Assembly: GCA_938034385.1 (NCBI GenBank)
Contig: CALHLC010000012.1
Coordinates: 87,575-151,574 of the forward strand
From: an uncultured Bacteriovoracaceae bacterium
GTDB taxonomy: Bacteria > Bdellovibrionota > Bacteriovoracia > Bacteriovoracales > Bacteriovoracaceae
Length of the DNA: 64,000 nucleotides
Direction of reading: 5' to 3'
Part shown: positions 59,150 through 64,000 of the stretch, one piece after another
Layout: each line of letters opens with the position of its first letter
Position numbering within the stretch: position 1 is the stretch's first letter
Position numbers and translations under genes: made by a program
Notes under the pieces: generated by a model
Database searches by the model: none
What the model was told of the DNA's origin: nothing
What the model saw: the letters and a program-made list of their open reading frames with translations, nothing else

Positions 59150-60404
59150 CTCTGTCATAAAAAGTCTTGGTATCTATTATGCTCTAAACGCATCGGCTGT
59201 TCAGTTTAACTCGATTGTTTTTCGAGTGGTTGTTGGTTTTTTAGTTGGGGCTCCGCTTAAAGCAGTAGCTTATATCACCTGTATTGAATATCTCCTGAAC
59301 TTTATTTTAGAAGTACCTACTGGGAGAATTGCTGACAAGTATGGTCGAATTCCTATGGCCATTATAGGTCATGTTTCGGTGATTCTTGGCTTGAGTTGTG
59401 GTTACGTTGCTGCCAGCGGTTTTATTAACGATGAAAATACAATACACATTTTTTATATGTTGCATGGAGTTTTTATCGGATTTTGTCGCCCTTTGATCTC
59501 TGGATCTATTGATGGGTTTTATAAAGATGCGATGAAGAGAAAAGGTGAAAGTGAAGCTGACCTCGGTTTTTCCATTAGTAGCAAATATGGAAGGTATCTT
59601 ACAACGATCTATATCACTTTGGCTTTTATTGTTTTGATTGTTTTTGATCAAACGCTTGGGGCTCAACATGCTTTTGTTCCAGGGATATTACTTTGGGTAA
59701 TGACAACTCATCGCTTATATAAGGATTACTTGAGCTTTGGGGATTCCTCTATAAAAACGGAAACACCTATTAAGAAAATCTTTCAAGTTTTTAAGCAGAA
59801 TAGAAATATTCTAGTTTCGACTTATTATAATTTTGCTCAGTGGGTAATTAAGTATCTTGTCTTTGGGTATTTTTTGGTAACTTTTGGACGAGAGTTTGCT
59901 GGACAATCAAAAAGTTTACAGTGGATGACGATGATTGCCTTTATGCTTGGTTCACAAGGTTTTGGGTGGATTTTAAAATCGGTAGTTATCCCTAAAATGA
60001 TTTATAAAATGAGCGAAAAACAATATTTAACTACTTTTTTAGCGGCAAGCTTTTTCGCTGGGTTGCTAGGCCTTAGTACACTTGATACTTCTAATCTTTC
60101 GGTGAACTTTACTGTAGCTGTTTTTATTTTTGGAATGTTCACTTTTGCAGCAATGTCTGCTGTAGAAAGATATTCTAAGGATAAATTAACAAAAGAGGTC
60201 GCTTCGACTGATTATGCGATGTTTTTAAGTATCCAAAATATGCCAGGTTATACTTTCGTTGTGCTTCATGGGTTGTATTATATTTTCTTGGGAACGGGGA
60301 CACCGAGCTTGAATGAAATATTTTCTCAGGTCGCTATCACTTCGATTATGTTCATTATTGGGGTTTATATTCTTGATAAGAGTAAAGAGAGAGGTGCAGT
60401 ATGA
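59139..60404 (+). CDS. MFS transporter
   Basis: About 12 TM helices, MFS motif A-like PTGRIADKYGR and a GTG start overlapping the upstream gene. Confidence 0.75.
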   Translation: MKSNSVIKSLGIYYALNASAVQFNSIVFRVVVGFLVGAPLKAVAYITCIEYLLNFILEVPTGRIADKYGRIPMAIIGHVSVILGLSCGYVAASGFINDENTIHIFYMLHGVFIGFCRPLISGSIDGFYKDAMKRKGESEADLGFSISSKYGRYLTTIYITLAFIVLIVFDQTLGAQHAFVPGILLWVMTTHRLYKDYLSFGDSSIKTETPIKKIFQVFKQNRNILVSTYYNFAQWVIKYLVFGYFLVTFGREFAGQSKSLQWMTMIAFMLGSQGFGWILKSVVIPKMIYKMSEKQYLTTFLAASFFAGLLGLSTLDTSNLSVNFTVAVFIFGMFTFAAMSAVERYSKDKLTKEVASTDYAMFLSIQNMPGYTFVVLHGLYYIFLGTGTPSLNEIFSQVAITSIMFIIGVYILDKSKERGAV

Positions 60405-61939
60405 AAAAGCATTTCTCAAAACAGGTTCTTTTTTATTCATTAGTTTTATTTACTGTTGTCTTGGTAATTAACTTCTCATTTTTATTCTGGATGCACCAAA
60501 AGGCAGAATCTAATAAGTTTGATCTTTTGACCAAGCAGCTTGGAGCAGGAATTAGGCCCCATGTTGCCTCACAGGTAGAAATAGCAGTGAGATCACAACT
60601 AAAAAACATTCTGAATGAGCCTACAGTGCTTGCGATTCAGGTAGATTCAGATAACTTTCAAATTCTTGAAGAAAAAGAACATTTCAACGAAAAAAGTAGT
60701 GGGATTTTATCTGACTACCTTTGGGCCAGTGGTACATTTCCTACGTATGAAAACTCTAACGAAAAATTCTCTGTAAAAGTTGCTTATGAGAATAGTTTAG
60801 CTAGAAAAACTCTCTTTGATGCACTTGGATTATCAGGTTTGCTCTTATTTTTAATAGGGTTCGTTTATTGGCTATTTGTTTCTAGGGTTGTAACAAAGGA
60901 AACTTTGGAGATTGAAAAAAGTAACATGGCGAAGAGAATTTTTCATGTACTCAAGTCTGAATTTATTCCTTTGATCAATCTTGAGGATGAGAAGCACTTC
61001 CAAAGGTTTTCAAATAAGAAGAAGAGGTTAATGCGACTTAGCTTTTATCAGAGAATTTTGGGCAGTATAAGCAAGTTTGTTACTTTTGATGGAGCTGAAT
61101 ATCACTCCCTTGAAAAATATGAAATTATTAAGCTTGAGAAATTTCTCAAAGAATTTGTAGAAGCTAAAAGAATTGAGCATGTGAAGAGGAATATCAAGAT
61201 TACTGTTTCTAAAATGGTTAAAGATTACTCAGTAAAAACCGTTTCAAGTGAGCTATGGCAAGCGTTATCAAATTTGGTCAATAATTCTTATGAAGCAATT
61301 AAAGAGAGTGGAAGTATTGAAATCTCTGTAAGTGAAGTCGATAAAGATTTAATCGAAATCATTGTCAAAGATGATGGTAAGGGAATTCCTAAAGACCAGT
61401 TAGACCAAATATTAACTGAAGGTTATTCTTATGAAAAAAGTAATGGAAATGGAATTGGCTTACCTCAATCCATAAATAAAATAAGAAGCTTGGGAGGAGA
61501 GTTAATAATTGATTCTGAAGAAGGTGTAGGAACAAAAGTTTCAATCACTTTGATTAAAGAAAATGATAATAATCTAAGCAAAGACAGGGTTGATCTTATT
61601 TTGATCGACGATGCTTTAAATAGAAGAATTAACGCTGAAGAGATGGCAGAGGAAAGTGGGTATTCGATGCTGTCTTTCGAGAGTTATGACTCTTGTCTTG
61701 AGTACCTCAAGAGTAATCCCTTAGACTCATCAACACCCATCTTTGGTGACTCTGAAATGTGTGATGGAAAAGCTAAAGGAGAAATGAGATCAAAGGATCT
61801 CTACGATATGGGATATAAAAATATAGCTATAGTTACTGGTGCCGAATCGGTTGAAATTAGTAAGATGGGTGAGTTACCTTGGATATCCAGAGTGATTTCT
61901 AAGAACAGCATTGGCTCTGACTACACGGAGTTGATGTGA
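60401..61939 (+). CDS. hybrid sensor histidine kinase (2 TM + HATPase + C-terminal REC-like)
   Basis: Two TM helices flank a periplasmic loop of about 120 aa. H-box-like FHVLKSEFIPL, N-box NLVNNSYEAI, G1 DDGKGIP and G2 GNGIGL. The C-terminus DLILIDD...GDSEM...VTGA...ISK is REC-like. Confidence 0.75.
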   Translation: MKKHFSKQVLFYSLVLFTVVLVINFSFLFWMHQKAESNKFDLLTKQLGAGIRPHVASQVEIAVRSQLKNILNEPTVLAIQVDSDNFQILEEKEHFNEKSSGILSDYLWASGTFPTYENSNEKFSVKVAYENSLARKTLFDALGLSGLLLFLIGFVYWLFVSRVVTKETLEIEKSNMAKRIFHVLKSEFIPLINLEDEKHFQRFSNKKKRLMRLSFYQRILGSISKFVTFDGAEYHSLEKYEIIKLEKFLKEFVEAKRIEHVKRNIKITVSKMVKDYSVKTVSSELWQALSNLVNNSYEAIKESGSIEISVSEVDKDLIEIIVKDDGKGIPKDQLDQILTEGYSYEKSNGNGIGLPQSINKIRSLGGELIIDSEEGVGTKVSITLIKENDNNLSKDRVDLILIDDALNRRINAEEMAEESGYSMLSFESYDSCLEYLKSNPLDSSTPIFGDSEMCDGKAKGEMRSKDLYDMGYKNIAIVTGAESVEISKMGELPWISRVISKNSIGSDYTELM

Positions 61940-62529
61940 GAGTTGAGCTTAGAGACTGGAAAAAAAAAGATCTCAATTTATATACGGAATGGTCTAAGCC
62001 GGGGCATAAATGGCAAGAGTTTGATGGACCTTATTATAAAAGGTCTTTTGAAAAGTTAGAAAGCAATATTGCCAAGTTAGAAGAAAAAATAATAAATCAA
62101 GGGTTCTCTTATCCTAGAGCTAGACAAGTTATTTCTTTGAAGGAAACCGATGATTTTATTGGAACTGTGAGCTGTTATTGGGAATCAATTGAAACAAATT
62201 GGTTGTGTGCAGGCATAAGTTTATATGATGAAAAATATTGGGGTAAAGGGCTTGGTTATGAAGCCTTGGGTTTATGGGTTGACTATCTCTTTGAAAGCTA
62301 TCCTGACATTATCAGACTCGACCTAAGAACTTGGTCTGGAAATATGGGGATGATTAAACTTGCAGAGAAACTTGGTTTTAAATTGGAAGCGAGGTTCAGA
62401 AAAGCAAGGATAGTCAATGGCGAGTACTTTGACAGCCTTGGGTACGGAGTACTTAAAGATGAATGGTTAGATAGTTTCCCTGAAGGGTTCGCTGGTTTAA
62501 TTTCAGACAAAGGAAGATTAAAAAAATGA
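61936..62529 (+). CDS. RimJ/RimL-type GNAT N-acetyltransferase
   Basis: Acetyltransf_3-like layout with WGKGLGYEAL. GTGA overlap with the kinase gene. Confidence 0.65.
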   Translation: MRVELRDWKKKDLNLYTEWSKPGHKWQEFDGPYYKRSFEKLESNIAKLEEKIINQGFSYPRARQVISLKETDDFIGTVSCYWESIETNWLCAGISLYDEKYWGKGLGYEALGLWVDYLFESYPDIIRLDLRTWSGNMGMIKLAEKLGFKLEARFRKARIVNGEYFDSLGYGVLKDEWLDSFPEGFAGLISDKGRLKK

Positions 62530-62918
62530 TTAAATACTCTTTTTCAAAACCAGATACAGATGAAACTTTACAGCTTTATAAAGAGTCAGGTATCTACAAT
62601 GAACAGTGGAATAGAGACAGGATGGATAAAACTCTTGAAAACTCCGATATCCTTCTTTGTTGTTATGATGATAAAAAGCTTATTGGAATTGCTAGAGGCA
62701 TAACAGATTTTCACTGGATTGCTCATTTATCACACCTTGCAGTTCATCCTGATTATCAAAGACAGGGATTTGGTAAAAAGCTTGTTCAGATGGTGAATGA
62801 AAAACTTGGAGATGGGGTTGCCCTGATGGTTCATTCCGTGCCTGAAGCAAAAAATTTTTATCAAGGCTTAGGTTTCGAGCCTTATGATGATGTTTATCGA
62901 ATACCTAGGAAGATATGA
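62526..62918 (+). CDS. GNAT N-acetyltransferase
   Basis: Motif A VHPDYQRQGFGKKLV. ATGA overlap. Confidence 0.7.
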   Translation: MIKYSFSKPDTDETLQLYKESGIYNEQWNRDRMDKTLENSDILLCCYDDKKLIGIARGITDFHWIAHLSHLAVHPDYQRQGFGKKLVQMVNEKLGDGVALMVHSVPEAKNFYQGLGFEPYDDVYRIPRKI

Positions 62919-62948
62919 TTGAATACTTAGCTTTAGGAGTTCTTATTG

Positions 62949-63644
62949 ATGGATAAACATATATTAGCAATGGGCGGCGGTGGATTTTCAATGGAGCCAG
63001 ACAACTTAAAGCTCGATAAGTATTTATTGTCTTTAGTAAAAAAAGATAAGCCTAAAGTATGTTTTGTTAGTACTGCTAGTGGAGATTCAAAAGAGTACAT
63101 TGAAAGGTTTTATAATTCCTTTTCTAATCTTCTATGCGAACCCAGTAATTTGGCTTTATACAGACCTCCAGAAGAAGATCTTCGAGAGTTTGTTATGGAT
63201 AAAGATATATTTTATGTTGGTGGTGGAAATACTCGAAACCTTCTTGTCCTATGGAAAGAATGGGGCTTGGATTTATTATTAAAAGAGGCTTTGGAAAAAG
63301 GAGCAGTCCTCGCAGGAATTAGTGCTGGGTCTATTTGCTGGTTTGATCAAGGATTAACTGATTCGGTAACAGGAAAGCTACTTCCTTTAAGCTGTCTAGG
63401 TATTTTAAAAGGTAGTAATTGCCCACATTACCATGGAGAAGAAAAAAGAAGACCGTCATATCAGAAATCGATTTTAAATGGCTCGATGAAAGATGGTATA
63501 GCCTGTGATGATGGAGTTGCTGCACACTTTATAAATGGAGAGCTAAGTAAGTTTGTATCGTCCAGAAAGGGTGCAAATGCGTACAAAGTGGAATTAACGG
63601 AAATCGGCATATTAGAGACTAGAATAAAGCCTGAACTTCTGTAA
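62949..63644 (+). CDS. S51 family peptidase (PepE/cyanophycinase-like)
   Basis: ILAMGGGGF N-terminus, nucleophile block LAGISAGSICWF and a His near CPHYH. Confidence 0.65.
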   Translation: MDKHILAMGGGGFSMEPDNLKLDKYLLSLVKKDKPKVCFVSTASGDSKEYIERFYNSFSNLLCEPSNLALYRPPEEDLREFVMDKDIFYVGGGNTRNLLVLWKEWGLDLLLKEALEKGAVLAGISAGSICWFDQGLTDSVTGKLLPLSCLGILKGSNCPHYHGEEKRRPSYQKSILNGSMKDGIACDDGVAAHFINGELSKFVSSRKGANAYKVELTEIGILETRIKPELL

Positions 63645-63668
63645 AGTCTGTCCAAAGGTGAGTGCTTG

Positions 63669-64000
63669 ATGTCTATGCTTGAGATAATAAGAAAAAAAGT
63701 AGATTTTAAAATCAATGGTTTTGAAAAGTTACATTTCGGTGAAAATAAATCGTATTTTTTAAGAGGTGACTCAGAGAATTATCTCTTAAAGATTTACAGA
63801 GACAACAGAGGTTTTAAACAATCACCGGAAGGAGAGATAGACTTTACCCAAACGCTCATTAGCCTTGGTGTAAAAACCAGTGATTACCTTAAATTCAATA
63901 ATGACCAATACGTTGAAAAGATTGACGGGAAAAAGATAAGTATCCAGAAAGTAATTCAGGGTTATATGATTCTGAATACAGATGAAGATTATTATTTCAA
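63669..64000 (+). CDS. phosphotransferase (APH/CotS-like kinase) family protein, 3' end outside window
   Basis: Open frame from the ATG at 63669 to the window end. It is not in the ORF track. The N-terminal pattern GENKSYFLRGDSENYLLKIY is typical of the APH-fold nucleotide-binding lobe. Confidence 0.4.
   Translation, partial: MSMLEIIRKKVDFKINGFEKLHFGENKSYFLRGDSENYLLKIYRDNRGFKQSPEGEIDFTQTLISLGVKTSDYLKFNNDQYVEKIDGKKISIQKVIQGYMILNTDEDYYF

Noticed and set aside
1-64000. CRISPR arrays or other long tandem repeat arrays.
   Set aside because: No regularly spaced direct repeats of 24-40 bp were seen. The only reiterated motifs are those reported (AATTCCGCCC x3, RIT IR cores, GGAAAC dyads).

Overview
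AT-rich bacterial chromosomal segment from a diderm (OM beta-barrel, ExbB/ExbD and lipoprotein signal peptides are present). The gene content loosely suggests a Bdellovibrio-like or Oligoflexia organism, but that is a guess. No rRNA, tRNA or CRISPR array was seen. The window has three parts. (1) 1-35.4 kb is ordinary housekeeping: M61 aminopeptidase, type III glutamine synthetase, rhomboid, topA, L31, Prc-type protease, a methylmalonyl-CoA mutase/MeaB operon, S21, ExbBD, S8 protease, RND/MMPL exporter, thyA-folA and mutM. (2) About 35.4-55.0 kb is a composite mobile island. It carries a tyrosine integrase and an excisionase. These are followed by a minus-strand VirB-type T4SS operon in the order B2-B3-B4-(MTase)-(B5 position)-B6-B8-B9-B10. 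That operon ends with an FtsK/SpoIIIE-type coupling ATPase and a Replic_Relax-like protein, and no classical relaxase is recognisable. Next come small lipoprotein genes and a resolvase-type serine recombinase gene. That gene has been split by a recombinase-in-trio (RIT) element. The RIT has 32-bp terminal inverted repeats and a 7-bp direct repeat, and removing it restores the recombinase N-terminus in frame. A roughly 40-bp GGAAAC/GTTTCC dyad occurs twice and brackets the 5.4-kb recombinase segment. (3) 55.1-63.6 kb is a co-directional, translationally coupled operon and is the most novel-looking system. It encodes an NtrC-like response regulator with a degenerate GAFTGA loop, an orphan family-5 peptide-binding protein and an untracked 32-aa highly acidic peptide ORF with a strong SD. 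It also encodes a stand-alone HExxH peptide-modification-type enzyme, an MFS exporter, a hybrid histidine kinase and two GNATs. An S51 peptidase and a phosphotransferase follow. All functional calls come from motif reading by eye. No database search was run.
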